52,412 nt of DNA from an uncultured Thermococci archaeon (GCA_964549615.1 CAZJVP010000036.1:1-52412), one strand, 5' to 3'. Shown: positions 37,179 to 47,639, counted from the stretch's first letter. Numbers and translations are program-made. Notes: generated from the sequence alone by a model not told the origin.

Positions 37179-38417
37179 ATGCCCGTGGCATATGAAACCA
37201 AGTTCTACGAGTTCACTGAGCATCCCGATTCGGACTCGTGCTGGTCTTTGTCGACCGGCCCGGACGGCCGGATCTATGCTTCGGCCTGCGCCGAGGGCGT
37301 GCCCGGCGGCGTGGTCAAGCTCGTGCGCTACGACGAGGGGCGCGACCGGCTGGAGTACCTCTTCGACCTAGACGAGATGGTCGACGATCCGCGCGACTCT
37401 GGGAGGGCCACGCAGTGCAAGATACACTACAGCTTCGCTCCATCCATGCACGATGGGGTGCTCTATATGGCAACCCACCTCTCGGGGCCGCCCATTGATC
37501 GTCCGGCCTACTCGCCATGGAATTCTTGGCACGACGCCGAAAGGTGCTTCCGGGGAAGCGCGCTGCTTGCCTTCGACACGCGCAAGGACCAGGTGCTCTG
37601 GTGGGACACCCTCATCCCGAAGGAAGGCTGCAGGTGCATGGCTCTGGACGAGGACCGTGGCATGATATACGCCGTGAGCTACCCCAGAGACCATTTCATC
37701 ATTTACGACGTCGAGAAACGCACAAGGAGGGACATCGGCAGGATCGGGTCGATAAACTCGCAGGCGATCTTCACAGACGACAAGCACCGCGTTTGGACCT
37801 CAAGCGACTACGGGCACCTGGTCAGATATGATCCAGAGAAGGACAGGATGGAGAGGTCGCCCTACAAGCTGCCTCACGATCCAAGATACCAGACGGGCTG
37901 GCACAGCGTGTTCTACGACGCCGTCCGGCAGCCATACACCGACTGCATATGGGCGGTCACCTGGATCGCCAGCCCCCGGCTGTTGCGGATCTGGCTGAAC
38001 GAAGGCGAGTGGGGGCGCCTGGAGGACCTCGGGCCAACGACCCAGGACCGTGACCTAACCCTTCCCATGAACACTTTCAGGGACCACTGCGGCGGCTTGA
38101 CGTTTGCAGCGGACGGGCAGCTATACTACGTGGCTTCGAGGTGGAAGGACCCGCAGTACAACCCAATGGGGGATGACCACGAGGAAATGGAGGGCGTGGT
38201 GATAAGGGTGAACCCGAGTACCCTCCAGCGCGAGGAGGTCGCGGTTCTGCGGCGTCCCGGCCATTGTGCCCAGTACGTGTCGCGCGGGGCGGTCGACCAC
38301 AATGGAGATCTGTTCTTCGGCCACGTGGGGCCACGACCGGTGGGCATATTCAAGGTCCAGATGCCCCCGGACAGGAAGCGGAAGGACGCACACTTGCCGA
38401 TCAGGACCTGGGGGTGA
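37179..38417 (+). CDS. Hypothetical beta-propeller protein A
   Basis: Repeated blade motifs (GPDGRIY, DGVLY, DGQLYY, NGDLFFG) and KIH. No signal peptide. Confidence 0.7.
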   Translation: MPVAYETKFYEFTEHPDSDSCWSLSTGPDGRIYASACAEGVPGGVVKLVRYDEGRDRLEYLFDLDEMVDDPRDSGRATQCKIHYSFAPSMHDGVLYMATHLSGPPIDRPAYSPWNSWHDAERCFRGSALLAFDTRKDQVLWWDTLIPKEGCRCMALDEDRGMIYAVSYPRDHFIIYDVEKRTRRDIGRIGSINSQAIFTDDKHRVWTSSDYGHLVRYDPEKDRMERSPYKLPHDPRYQTGWHSVFYDAVRQPYTDCIWAVTWIASPRLLRIWLNEGEWGRLEDLGPTTQDRDLTLPMNTFRDHCGGLTFAADGQLYYVASRWKDPQYNPMGDDHEEMEGVVIRVNPSTLQREEVAVLRRPGHCAQYVSRGAVDHNGDLFFGHVGPRPVGIFKVQMPPDRKRKDAHLPIRTWG

Positions 38418-38421
38418 TGGG

Positions 38422-39519
38422 ATGGAGAAGAGGAAGCGCTGGGACATGAAATCGCCGGAGACGAAGGCGCTGGTCGATGAGATCGTCCATGGAACCTTCG
38501 TGAAGGAGGGAACCATGGTGGCCTTCCCGGCCTGCTTTCCGGGCGTCACCGTGCCGATCCCGGCTGACGAGAGCCACATAACGGCGCTGGATGTCTCTCG
38601 GGACGGGATTGTCTACGGCGGAACGAGTGGCAGAAGGGTTCACCTGTTCGTTGGCATGTTCCACGGCGTGACGGGCCTGGTGTTCGACTTGGGATGGTTG
38701 GAGGGATCGCGGAGATGCACGGCCGTATGTTGCACTAAGGACGGCTTCGTCGCGGCTGTGAACGGTCCCACCGGCGGCAAGCTCGTCGCTGGCAAGTACC
38801 AGCCCCTGCCGTTCGACCTCATCCAGGAATGGGGCTTCTCTAGGCCGCCGCTCGAGGATCTGGGCGAGGCGGTGCACGGGGAGGAGATCGTACACGCGGT
38901 GGCGGATGGGACTGGGACGAAGATCATAGGAACCACCCCGGGGCACCTGTTCAGCTACGACCTGGAGCGGAGAACCTTCGAGGTTGTGGCGAAGACGGAG
39001 GCAGCAGGACAGATCGTGCTGGGCCCATCGGGCAATGTCTTTGGGACAGACAACAAGGGGGCCCTTTGGCGATACGTCCCCGGACGCGAGAGGTTTGAGG
39101 CAGGGTGGGCGCGACTTCCGCCCGGCAGTTGGGGAGACGGGTCGCCCAAGTGGAGCACGGACCCCAAGAGCGGCAACCTGTACGTGGTTGACTCCGAAGG
39201 CAGGATATTTTCCTTCGACGGGGCTAAGTTCAGCAAAGAGTTGGGCCGCACGCCGCTCGCCCCGGTGGGGGCCATGGCGGCGACCTTCGACGGCCGGCTG
39301 TTCGGAGCCTGCGGAGAGGGAATATCGAGGCTGTTCTGCTTCGACCCGCGCGACGGCATGGTTCGGGATCTGGGCGTGGCCGTGTCGGTGATCGAGAGGC
39401 GGAGGTATGGCTATCAGTTCGGAGCGGCTGCCGTCGGACGGGACGGCGAGATAATCCTTGGCGAGGAGGACGACCTGGGCCATGTCTGGTTGTACTTCCC
39501 CAAGATTCTACCGAGGTGA
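38422..39519 (+). CDS. Hypothetical beta-propeller protein B
   Basis: ITALD...DG.VYGGTSG, DGRLFG, DLG repeats and DGEI.LGE. Starts 4 nt after gene A. Confidence 0.7.
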   Translation: MEKRKRWDMKSPETKALVDEIVHGTFVKEGTMVAFPACFPGVTVPIPADESHITALDVSRDGIVYGGTSGRRVHLFVGMFHGVTGLVFDLGWLEGSRRCTAVCCTKDGFVAAVNGPTGGKLVAGKYQPLPFDLIQEWGFSRPPLEDLGEAVHGEEIVHAVADGTGTKIIGTTPGHLFSYDLERRTFEVVAKTEAAGQIVLGPSGNVFGTDNKGALWRYVPGRERFEAGWARLPPGSWGDGSPKWSTDPKSGNLYVVDSEGRIFSFDGAKFSKELGRTPLAPVGAMAATFDGRLFGACGEGISRLFCFDPRDGMVRDLGVAVSVIERRRYGYQFGAAAVGRDGEIILGEEDDLGHVWLYFPKILPR

Positions 39520-39669
39520 CGCAGCCTTCTCAGGCTTGTGCGCCCGCTGGGCGGCTTCCCCTGCATCTTGACAGGATGGCCATCACCTTCACGAAAGCGA
39601 TGCGGACCGCGCCCCAGGTCAAGTGGTGCCACATTTCAGCTTCCCGCATCCTCCCTTCCGGGCGGTTCC

Positions 39670-41889
39670 ATGGCGACTCCGCTGAAGCGGCCCATCTCTC
39701 CTCAACGCCCGCTCTTGATCATCATGGTCAAGTCGGCGCAGTCCTACGAGCAGGAGGGTCGTGACCTTGTGCGGCTCTGGGATGGATTCGATGATTTTCT
39801 GCGGCACCACGTGACCGTGCAGATCGAGGGCACGGCTGGGGATAACTTCGAGCGCTGCGAGACACTCCTCCGGCACGCCGCACCGGCGGGCATCCCCATC
39901 ACGCTGCAGATACAGGGCGACAACGCCGAGCGACGGGATACCATGCCTCCATGGCGGGTTCAGGAATTTCTCGACCGATTCGACAACATCGTCGGCCTGC
40001 AGATAGTCGAGGCGAGCCAGCGGACATTCGTGAACCAGCCCGCCGGCCCCGAATATACCATGGGACGTAACGCCCGGTACGCCCGGGACATCATCGAGCT
40101 TGCCGGTGAGCGCGGTCTTTTCATGAGCTGGCAGCTGATGCGCGATAACTGGGCGGCGATCGGATGTTCGGTCGACAACGAAGCGCTGTTCGACAGCTTG
40201 TCCCGCCACGCTGCCAACGTTATCCCGACCCACGAGATGAACTGCGAGTTCTGCAAGCCGATAGACCACTTGGGTGCCATGGGAATGTGGATGAGCGGGG
40301 CGACCGCCCAGTGGGGGGTGGAGGCGCAGTCGTGGTACTGGTCGGACTGTGGCTACAGTCAGCCGGGCTGCTGTTTCCCCGGCACGCTGGACATGCCGGG
40401 CGGGCTGTACGCGATCATGTTTCTTCTCGGCGCGGCTGCGGGGGCGACCGTCTATTCCATCGAGCCGCCGAAGGACGTGTGGGAGGGTCCGGATGCTTGG
40501 CGTTTCGCCGACCACATGGAGCCGCTTTTTCGCAGGCTCGTCAATGAGCGCCTGATCCCGACGCGTGACGAGATGTTTGAGGCATGCCCCGTGGCGTATC
40601 ATCTCCCGCTCTGTCGTCGCCCGGACGAGTATTACCGCGTGCTTGAGGATCTAGACTTTGACCATGCGGAGGGGCGCCTCATCCGTGCGATGAACGGCGT
40701 GTATGATCGTTCTCGGGACGCGGAACTCATCCCGAACGACCCCCGGTACGGGTTCGTTCCCGTGCTGCCGGCAAGGACGCCGAAAAGCGTCCTAGATCGA
40801 TTCGCTCTGGTCCTGAAGCCCGGGGACATCGAGGGCGTCGAGCAGGCCCGGGAGCTGCTTTCGGCCTACTTCCCCGAGGTCGACCGGGGAGATGCGTGGA
40901 GCACAAGGTCAGGACCGCTCATCTGTGCGGCGAACACGCATGAGAACTGGTATGTTGCCCAGCGGGTGAAGCTCAAGGTGCCCCGGCGCCCCGTTGGCGT
41001 GCGGTTCGATGGCACCGAGCTATCATGGGAGCCTTCGAGAGGCGATCGCGCTTGGAACGTCTGGCTGCTGCGGAACGGCGTTGAAACGCGGCTCACGGAG
41101 AAGCCCGTCACCGAGCCTCGGTACCGACCCGTCGATGTGAAGGCGGGAGATAGGTATGCAGTTTCGGCCATCACCCAGGCGACCGAGGAGATCGACGCGA
41201 CGCTGCATCTGCACGATCTGCTGCTTTTCTCGGCTCGCGAAAGCCGAAGGTCAGTGTGGGTCGCGGCTTCCGGCCGCGCTGTGGAGCGGCACCGGTATGG
41301 GGAGTCGGTTTCGCCGGTGGCGGGGGAGGTGGCGTCGCGGGAGCTGCGTTGCGCCGAGTGCACGCCGGTTGAAGACTTGCGGTCGCCGGTCGTTGGGGCG
41401 AGGGGACCTGAACGCGAGGTCATGGCGGCGATGGCTGCATGGAAGCGGTCGATCGAGGCAGAGGACATCGACGCGACGTTGGCGTGGTATGCCAGCGACT
41501 ATCGGGAAGCGGATGGCAGAACAGTGGAATCTGTGCGGGTCGCGCTTCGATGCCTGCTTTGGTCGCAGTTGCGCGGGCAGTTCGGCTTCATGGAGAAGGA
41601 GTGGGGGCGCGTCGCAGCGTGGCGCCGCCCCGTGGTGAGGTTGCTAACCCGGGCTTGGGAACGCGTCGAACATAGCGAGGTTGTGGTGCTCACGCAGTAT
41701 CAGCTCTGGGCAGGCGCCGGCCCGGAGATGGAACCGAGCGATATGCTCAAGCTTCCGTTCCGCCGAAGCAACGACATGCGAATGATATGGAGACGAACGG
41801 ATGCAGGATGGCGGCTGGCGAGCACGGATCCCCCTTTCCTCCGGGCCGAAGACCTGTACCCCTATCGGTACACCTACCAGGGCTGGTAG
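39670..41889 (+). CDS. GH98-like glycoside hydrolase fused to a C-terminal SnoaL/NTF2-like domain
   Basis: RPISP..PL, MG.W.SG....WGV....WYW and GATVYSIEP. The C-terminal W...IE.EDI......YA.DY....G is typical of NTF2 folds. Confidence 0.6.
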   Translation: MATPLKRPISPQRPLLIIMVKSAQSYEQEGRDLVRLWDGFDDFLRHHVTVQIEGTAGDNFERCETLLRHAAPAGIPITLQIQGDNAERRDTMPPWRVQEFLDRFDNIVGLQIVEASQRTFVNQPAGPEYTMGRNARYARDIIELAGERGLFMSWQLMRDNWAAIGCSVDNEALFDSLSRHAANVIPTHEMNCEFCKPIDHLGAMGMWMSGATAQWGVEAQSWYWSDCGYSQPGCCFPGTLDMPGGLYAIMFLLGAAAGATVYSIEPPKDVWEGPDAWRFADHMEPLFRRLVNERLIPTRDEMFEACPVAYHLPLCRRPDEYYRVLEDLDFDHAEGRLIRAMNGVYDRSRDAELIPNDPRYGFVPVLPARTPKSVLDRFALVLKPGDIEGVEQARELLSAYFPEVDRGDAWSTRSGPLICAANTHENWYVAQRVKLKVPRRPVGVRFDGTELSWEPSRGDRAWNVWLLRNGVETRLTEKPVTEPRYRPVDVKAGDRYAVSAITQATEEIDATLHLHDLLLFSARESRRSVWVAASGRAVERHRYGESVSPVAGEVASRELRCAECTPVEDLRSPVVGARGPEREVMAAMAAWKRSIEAEDIDATLAWYASDYREADGRTVESVRVALRCLLWSQLRGQFGFMEKEWGRVAAWRRPVVRLLTRAWERVEHSEVVVLTQYQLWAGAGPEMEPSDMLKLPFRRSNDMRMIWRRTDAGWRLASTDPPFLRAEDLYPYRYTYQGW

Positions 41890-42682
41890 CTCGCGCCTCG
41901 CGCGACGATCCTAAAAGAGACCTGCTGCGGGTTGGGGGTTCATGACGCAGTTTTGGCCCTGAGCACAGCCCAACCAGCCCATGCTTGGCTTGTTGGACCG
42001 GGCCTCCAGGTCCGACTGGTCGGCGCAGGTTGTGGCGCTGTCCTTCGGGCGTGCGACGATGCCGTTGAGGGGCATCAGTTCCATAGCGCTGGCTATAGGC
42101 AACATGGTACGCGACGATCCGGTTCTGGAGAGATCTGGATCTCAGATTGATGGATCTGGGGGGAGATCCTACGGTTTCCAACTTCCAAATGGGGATCTCG
42201 GTATCTTCTTCAAGTGCCTGGGCGTGAAGCCCGTGCCAAAGAAGCACCACTACTCCCGCCGAACATGAAGCCGATCCTGCACGACAGCTCCCCCTCAGAG
42301 GGCGCCCTTGAAGGGACGAATCCTGTTTGGGGCGCATAGCCAGCGGTCAGATGCAGCACGAAGAGCTCATCCTAGCTTGCATGCCGGGCGCGGGCATATG
42401 GGCTACCTGATTCTTGCGAACATGGTATTGGGGATGGTACACGATTTCGATAGGGCGCGCTTCGGCCAAGAAGCGACATGGAAACAGCGAAATCCGTCTT
42501 TGCCGGTTCCAAGATTCGAGCAACGCTCTTACGAGATTCATGGTTGAGAAGGGCGCCGGCCTTCTTTCAGCGTCGCGGATGCGGTACGTCGTGGCGCGGT
42601 GGCGAGCTGCTTGCCGACATCGATCGAGTCCGCAATGCGGCAAGACGAAAGCTTTTAGTTGGCCGGCCCAACCGTGGCAAGC

Positions 42683-43540
42683 ATGGCGCTCCGCTACGCC
42701 GTGCACGCCTACTCATGGACGGACTCTTGGAGCAATCGGACTCTACACATAATCGATCATGTCAAGGATCTCGATTTCGACCTGATAGAGATTCCGCTCA
42801 TGGAGCTTGACAAGGTCGATCCCAAGGCCTGCAGGGAGCGGCTACAATCCGCTGATCTGGATGTTTGCTGCTCGGTCGTCTTGTCGGACAGGACGGACAT
42901 CACCAGCGCCGACGCGTCCGTGAGGAGGGCAGGTGTCCGTTTTCTGAAGGGCTGCCTTGATGCATCGCAGAAGATGGGGGCGAAGGTCCTGTCGGGTGTC
43001 ATTTACTCGGCCCTCGGCTTCTTTCCGAAGGAGCCGCCTTCCGAGAAGCACTGGGAGAGGTCGGCCTCCGCCCTTCGGGAGGTCGCTCGGTACGCCAAGG
43101 ACCTTGGGCTCGTGATCGGCCTTGAGCCGGTCAATCGCTATGAGACGTTCCTCGTCAACACCTGCGAGCAGGCCCTCAGGCTGCGCGAGATGATAGGCGA
43201 GCCCAACGTCGGGATACATCTGGATGCATACCACATGAACATAGAGGAGGACGATTTCTACGTACCGACGGTCAAGGCCGGGCCGTACCTGTGCCACTAT
43301 CACCTGAGCGAAAGCCACAGGGGGATACCCGGCAGGGGGACCGTTGACTGGGACGGAATCTACAAGGGCCTCGCCGACTCCAAGTACTCGGGCGTGGTGG
43401 GGCTTGAGTCCTTCGTTCAGGCCTCGGACGCAATGAGGGGTGCAACGAGGGTCTGGAGGAGGATGGCTCCCGATTCGGATACGCTGGTGACTGAGGGCCT
43501 CCGCTTCCTGAAAGGACTTGAAGCCAAGTACTACGGCTGA
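42683..43540 (+). CDS. D-psicose/D-tagatose 3-epimerase family protein
   Basis: LEPVNRYET, HLDAYHMNIEE, HLSESHRG.PG.G.VDW and LESF. Confidence 0.9.
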   Translation: MALRYAVHAYSWTDSWSNRTLHIIDHVKDLDFDLIEIPLMELDKVDPKACRERLQSADLDVCCSVVLSDRTDITSADASVRRAGVRFLKGCLDASQKMGAKVLSGVIYSALGFFPKEPPSEKHWERSASALREVARYAKDLGLVIGLEPVNRYETFLVNTCEQALRLREMIGEPNVGIHLDAYHMNIEEDDFYVPTVKAGPYLCHYHLSESHRGIPGRGTVDWDGIYKGLADSKYSGVVGLESFVQASDAMRGATRVWRRMAPDSDTLVTEGLRFLKGLEAKYYG

Positions 43541-43644
43541 TCCTCTTGCGCGATCCTCAGCCCCGGGCCGCGTTCATCTAGAGACCCAAGGCGGCACTCA
43601 TAGAACATTTTTACGGCGCGTTCCGGTGGCGCCGGTCTGAGACC

Positions 43645-44982
43645 ATGAGCAGGGTCATCCCCCCGCGATGGCTGAGGATGCTTGCCCCCTGGGAGATCAG
43701 GGCCTACATCAGATCAGTCAGGGAAGTCATAGACCGGCAACCTCAGAACTTCAGGTTCTGGATCCTCGTCTACGTCCTCTCCGGGGTGTATTCGGGCCTC
43801 TTCGGCGCATTCATAGGAATGTATCCGAGGACGCTCGGCGCAACCGCGGCCCAAATCGGGTTCATAAGCTCGGTTGCGGCCATCGTGGCTTGGGTTCCCC
43901 AACTGCTGGGTGGATTCCTCACCGACAGATATGGCAGGCGGTGGCTGCTGGCCGGTGGGTGGATATTCGAGGCCGCGATGTGCCTCATCTCCTATTTCGC
44001 CCGCGACTGGACTTGGTTGCTGGTCTCCGCCATCGTCGCCTCCCTTGGCGCGTTCGGCGGCAGTGCAAGCGGGGCTTTTATGGCCGAGTCGATTAACGAA
44101 AAGGACCGGGCCAAGGGAACCATGCTACTTTCCATCCTCGCGGCGATCCCCGTTATAGCCCTGCCGCCCGTCGGTGCAGCTCTCATCAGCAAGCTCGGCG
44201 GCGTCAAGGATGCTGGAGCGCTCAGGATCTACTTCTTACTGAACCTCGTGAGGATCCTTGTCCTGTTCGCGTACTTCTCCTTGAGAACGACGGAGACGCT
44301 CGGCACCCGACGCAACCTCTCCAAAGGCTTCTCCGTCTTTGGGGAACTTCTCTCAGACCTTAGGGAGCTCGTTGCCCTAAAGAGGGTCAGGATCTACCTC
44401 GCCTACACGCTCATGAGCGGCTTCGCGTCCTATCTCGTGGGGCCCTTCCAGGCCATAATCATCTACGAGGTCATCGGGGCCTCTCCGGTATTCATCGGCT
44501 TCCTAACCTCGGTCTCAACGGTCATCTCATATGCAGCGATGACGCTGGGAGCGGTCTGGTCCGACAGGGTTGGGAGAAAGAAGCCCATCATCGTAGCCTC
44601 CGTGATAAGCGGGATCGGCTGGGCATTCTTTCTCTTCGCCAGGCACCAGAACATGCTGATTCCTTTCTACATCATAACTTCGTTCTCAGCTGTGTCAGGC
44701 GGCGCGGCAAGCGCGTTGGTCATGGAGTACGTCCCAACCAGTATGCGGGGGCGGTGGTACGGGACCGTCAATTTCGTAAGCCTGATCCCGGGCGCAATCG
44801 CTCCTGTGGTCGGCGGATGGCTGTTTGACAACTTTTCCCCGAGGACTCCATACTACATCTTCTACATCATCTGCTTCCCCATCATAGTGCCGTTCTTCTT
44901 GAAGTTCATCCCCGAGACGATGGGGAGCAGCCGCGCGGAACCGACCCAGGACGGCCGCCACGAGGAAGCCCTGGTCAGGTGA
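43645..44982 (+). CDS. MFS transporter
   Basis: About 12 TM segments; motif A appears as G.LTDRYGRR and SDRVGRKK. Confidence 0.92.
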   Translation: MSRVIPPRWLRMLAPWEIRAYIRSVREVIDRQPQNFRFWILVYVLSGVYSGLFGAFIGMYPRTLGATAAQIGFISSVAAIVAWVPQLLGGFLTDRYGRRWLLAGGWIFEAAMCLISYFARDWTWLLVSAIVASLGAFGGSASGAFMAESINEKDRAKGTMLLSILAAIPVIALPPVGAALISKLGGVKDAGALRIYFLLNLVRILVLFAYFSLRTTETLGTRRNLSKGFSVFGELLSDLRELVALKRVRIYLAYTLMSGFASYLVGPFQAIIIYEVIGASPVFIGFLTSVSTVISYAAMTLGAVWSDRVGRKKPIIVASVISGIGWAFFLFARHQNMLIPFYIITSFSAVSGGAASALVMEYVPTSMRGRWYGTVNFVSLIPGAIAPVVGGWLFDNFSPRTPYYIFYIICFPIIVPFFLKFIPETMGSSRAEPTQDGRHEEALVR

Positions 44983-45526
44983 GATGCTCAACCAGCATCT
45001 TGAGCCCTATGCCTATCAGGATCAGCCCTCCGATGACCCCGACCACGTTCTCAAACACCCGACCCATCCTGTCACCGACGTAGAGGCCGGCAAGCGACAG
45101 GGCGAAGGTCACTGCGCCGATCACCAACACCGCTTGGACGATGGGGATGCCTGCAAAGACGAAGGTCACCCCAGCACCTAGGGCATCGATGCTCGTCGCG
45201 ACGGACAACATCAGCAACGCCCTAAGACACATGGGGTCGACCTGGTTCGGGCCCGCTCTTCTTGACTCGTAGATCATCCTGCAGCCTATGAAAGTGAGAA
45301 GGAAGAAGGCAATCCAATGGTCGACCCCTGCGATGACGTAGCTCAATGCAATGCCCGCCGACCAACCGATAACGGGCATCCCGACCTGGAATCCCCCGAA
45401 GAAGCCGGCCATCTTGAGCGCGTCCCGGATCCTGATCCTCTTGATCGCGATCCCGCTCGCGATGGAGACCGCCATCGCATCCATGGCAAGCCCGACTGCG
45501 ATCGGCAGGATGGTATGCGCGTTCAT
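44975..45526 (-). CDS. mntP: Manganese efflux pump MntP
   Basis: GLAMDA.AVS, FG.FQ..MP, DHWIAF, ATSIDAL and GG.ILIGIG.K.L.EH. Confidence 0.92.
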   Translation of the reverse strand: MNAHTILPIAVGLAMDAMAVSIASGIAIKRIRIRDALKMAGFFGGFQVGMPVIGWSAGIALSYVIAGVDHWIAFFLLTFIGCRMIYESRRAGPNQVDPMCLRALLMLSVATSIDALGAGVTFVFAGIPIVQAVLVIGAVTFALSLAGLYVGDRMGRVFENVVGVIGGLILIGIGLKMLVEHLT

Positions 45527-45863
45527 CCAAAGGCGCCGGCATCACGTGCCCGTTTTCGGGCAGATAAAACTCTGTCCTCGTGACCTAGGCCTATCCTAGG
45601 GATTTGTTGATTTGCCCCTCAGGCTTTGGAATCGGGATGACCCTGCGCAGGTGCCCCAGCCATGAATCCTCATCCATGCGGCGGCGCGGGCCTAGCGCTA
45701 TGACCCATCCAGGGCCGAGCGGTCGGGTCCATGGCTCCGAAGGGGTCCGGCGAGAATAGGAAAAGTTTAAGGATCATGCCATCTGGTTGGCATGCGTGCC
45801 GATGGTCATTCACGGCTCAGACTCTGAAAGACCATAGATATTTCAGGGGTTTGGGAGGATCGA

Positions 45864-47639
45864 TTGCCGGTGCGGCGGCTTAGATTCGTGCTGCTGGCGT
45901 TCGTCACGATATTCCTTCTAGGCCTCTCCTCGGCCCAAGATTCGGACGGTGACGGCATCCCGGATTCAACTGAGTCAAGCCTTGCGGAAAGGTACGCCCC
46001 GGTGCTGCGCCTTGCCCCCAGAGAGGTGTTCTTTCCGGTCGCGATCCAGTATGCCTTGAACAACTCCGAGCTGAAACTCCAGGAAGGCGGCGCCAGCATC
46101 GTGATCCAGGCGTCTCCCACCGTTGAATCCATCTCGGCTTTCCGCGACCCCGACTCGGGTTACTTCTTGGACAACCTCCACGGGAGCGTTGATGACCAAG
46201 GGATCAAGGAGAACTTCAGATCCGCGAAGGAGAGCATGGTCCCGACCGTTTACGCCAGGGTCACCGGGCACCTGTCCTACACCGTTGTGCAGTACTGGTT
46301 CTATTATCCTTTCAACGACGGGCCCCTCAACAGCCATGAGGGCGATTGGGAGATGGTGCAGGTTTTGCTTGAGGGAGAGGAGCCCGTGTCGGCTGCGTAC
46401 TCCCAGCATTTCTCAGGTCAGAAGGCAGCATGGCGCCAGGTCCTTCTACGGAAGGGGCATCCAGTGGTGTACGTGGCCAGAGGGTCCCATGCCAATTACT
46501 TCAGAGCCTACCAGGGCGTGCTGGGCGTGCAGAACGACGACGTCTCAGGGCTGGGGCCGACCCTGGAACCGGACGACTACCAGCTCGTTCTCCTGGGCGA
46601 ACTGGACTCCCATCCAGCTGACCAGCGCTGGCTGCTCTTCTCGGGTAGATGGGGGGAGTGGGGGGAGGCCCAGGACCAACTCATGGGAAGGAGAGGGCCG
46701 TCAGGCCCCGGGCAGGGAGAGAACGAAGAGAAATGGGAGTCTCCGGTCACGTGGCAGGAGGAGCTTCCCAGGCTGGACACCAACTGGCTCTGGATGAGCT
46801 GGATAACCTCCAACTTCGCCATCCTTTTCGGGCTATACATCATGGTGCGAGCGCTTTGGGGGATCGCTGGACTTGGCAGATCGGTCCTCTCCAGAAGGGC
46901 GCTCAGGGCCTTCGGGACGGGCCCGGGCCTGGCCGTCGCGGGCGGCGTTCTGACCGTCCTCGCCATATGGCAGCCTTGGTACGCCGTCAAGCTCAATGTG
47001 CCTGCCGGCGAGTACAGGACGGAGGGTGACGCAGCGGTGATGATGATCGATGGGATAAGGGGCCTGCAGCTCAGCGATCCGCAGAGCAACAGGGGCCTGG
47101 TGATGTTCATGGGGCTGAGGATGCCCATCGGCCTGATCTTCGTTTCGGGCCTCGTGCTGCTCCTACTTGACGTCCTCAAGGCGGGGGCACCCCGGGAGCT
47201 CCGCAGCAGCCTGGTCAGAGGCGGCGTGGCCAACATCCTCGTCCCGCTTCTGCCCATCCTCGTGCTGATCGCGGCGATGGGCCCCGTGGTCAATGAGCTA
47301 GCATCGGTTGCGCTCAAAAAGGAAGTTCCCGAGACGGTCGGCGCAATGATCGAGCAGGTTTCAGCGAGTCCCGCCGGCGGTTCCTATGAGGGAGATCTGG
47401 GCGAAATCGGCGAGGCGCGGTTGACGTGGGGCTTGGGTGTTGGCACCATGATGATCGTTGCTGGCGGAGCGCTCAAGATCATCGGGGGTCTTGCGTCAAG
47501 GAAGGGACCGTCGGTTCCGGATTCCGACCAACGCTTCGCGGAGCGACCCGAAGGCAAGGCCGCATTGGAGCCTGCCGGAACGCAGGTCAAGCCGGCTGGG
47601 GAAAAGGAGAAGGCCGACGAGTCCCCGCCTAGCAGTTGA
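45864..47639 (+). CDS. Vps62-related (DUF946-like) extracellular domain with multi-pass membrane C-terminus
   Basis: Signal peptide, DSDGDGIPD, YAPVL....E.FFP, QYWFYYPFN, HEGDWE, SQH, VYVA.GSHANY and F.GRWG...GP.GP. Confidence 0.8.
   Translation: MPVRRLRFVLLAFVTIFLLGLSSAQDSDGDGIPDSTESSLAERYAPVLRLAPREVFFPVAIQYALNNSELKLQEGGASIVIQASPTVESISAFRDPDSGYFLDNLHGSVDDQGIKENFRSAKESMVPTVYARVTGHLSYTVVQYWFYYPFNDGPLNSHEGDWEMVQVLLEGEEPVSAAYSQHFSGQKAAWRQVLLRKGHPVVYVARGSHANYFRAYQGVLGVQNDDVSGLGPTLEPDDYQLVLLGELDSHPADQRWLLFSGRWGEWGEAQDQLMGRRGPSGPGQGENEEKWESPVTWQEELPRLDTNWLWMSWITSNFAILFGLYIMVRALWGIAGLGRSVLSRRALRAFGTGPGLAVAGGVLTVLAIWQPWYAVKLNVPAGEYRTEGDAAVMMIDGIRGLQLSDPQSNRGLVMFMGLRMPIGLIFVSGLVLLLLDVLKAGAPRELRSSLVRGGVANILVPLLPILVLIAAMGPVVNELASVALKKEVPETVGAMIEQVSASPAGGSYEGDLGEIGEARLTWGLGVGTMMIVAGGALKIIGGLASRKGPSVPDSDQRFAERPEGKAALEPAGTQVKPAGEKEKADESPPSS

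Noticed and set aside
41968-41996. GCCCAAC-starting hairpin resembling an attC end
   Set aside because: Only about 28 bp, with no L boxes or extrahelical bases.
45530-45780. yybP-ykoY manganese riboswitch before mntP
   Set aside because: The conserved riboswitch motifs are not visible, and the TATA position implies a very short 5' UTR.
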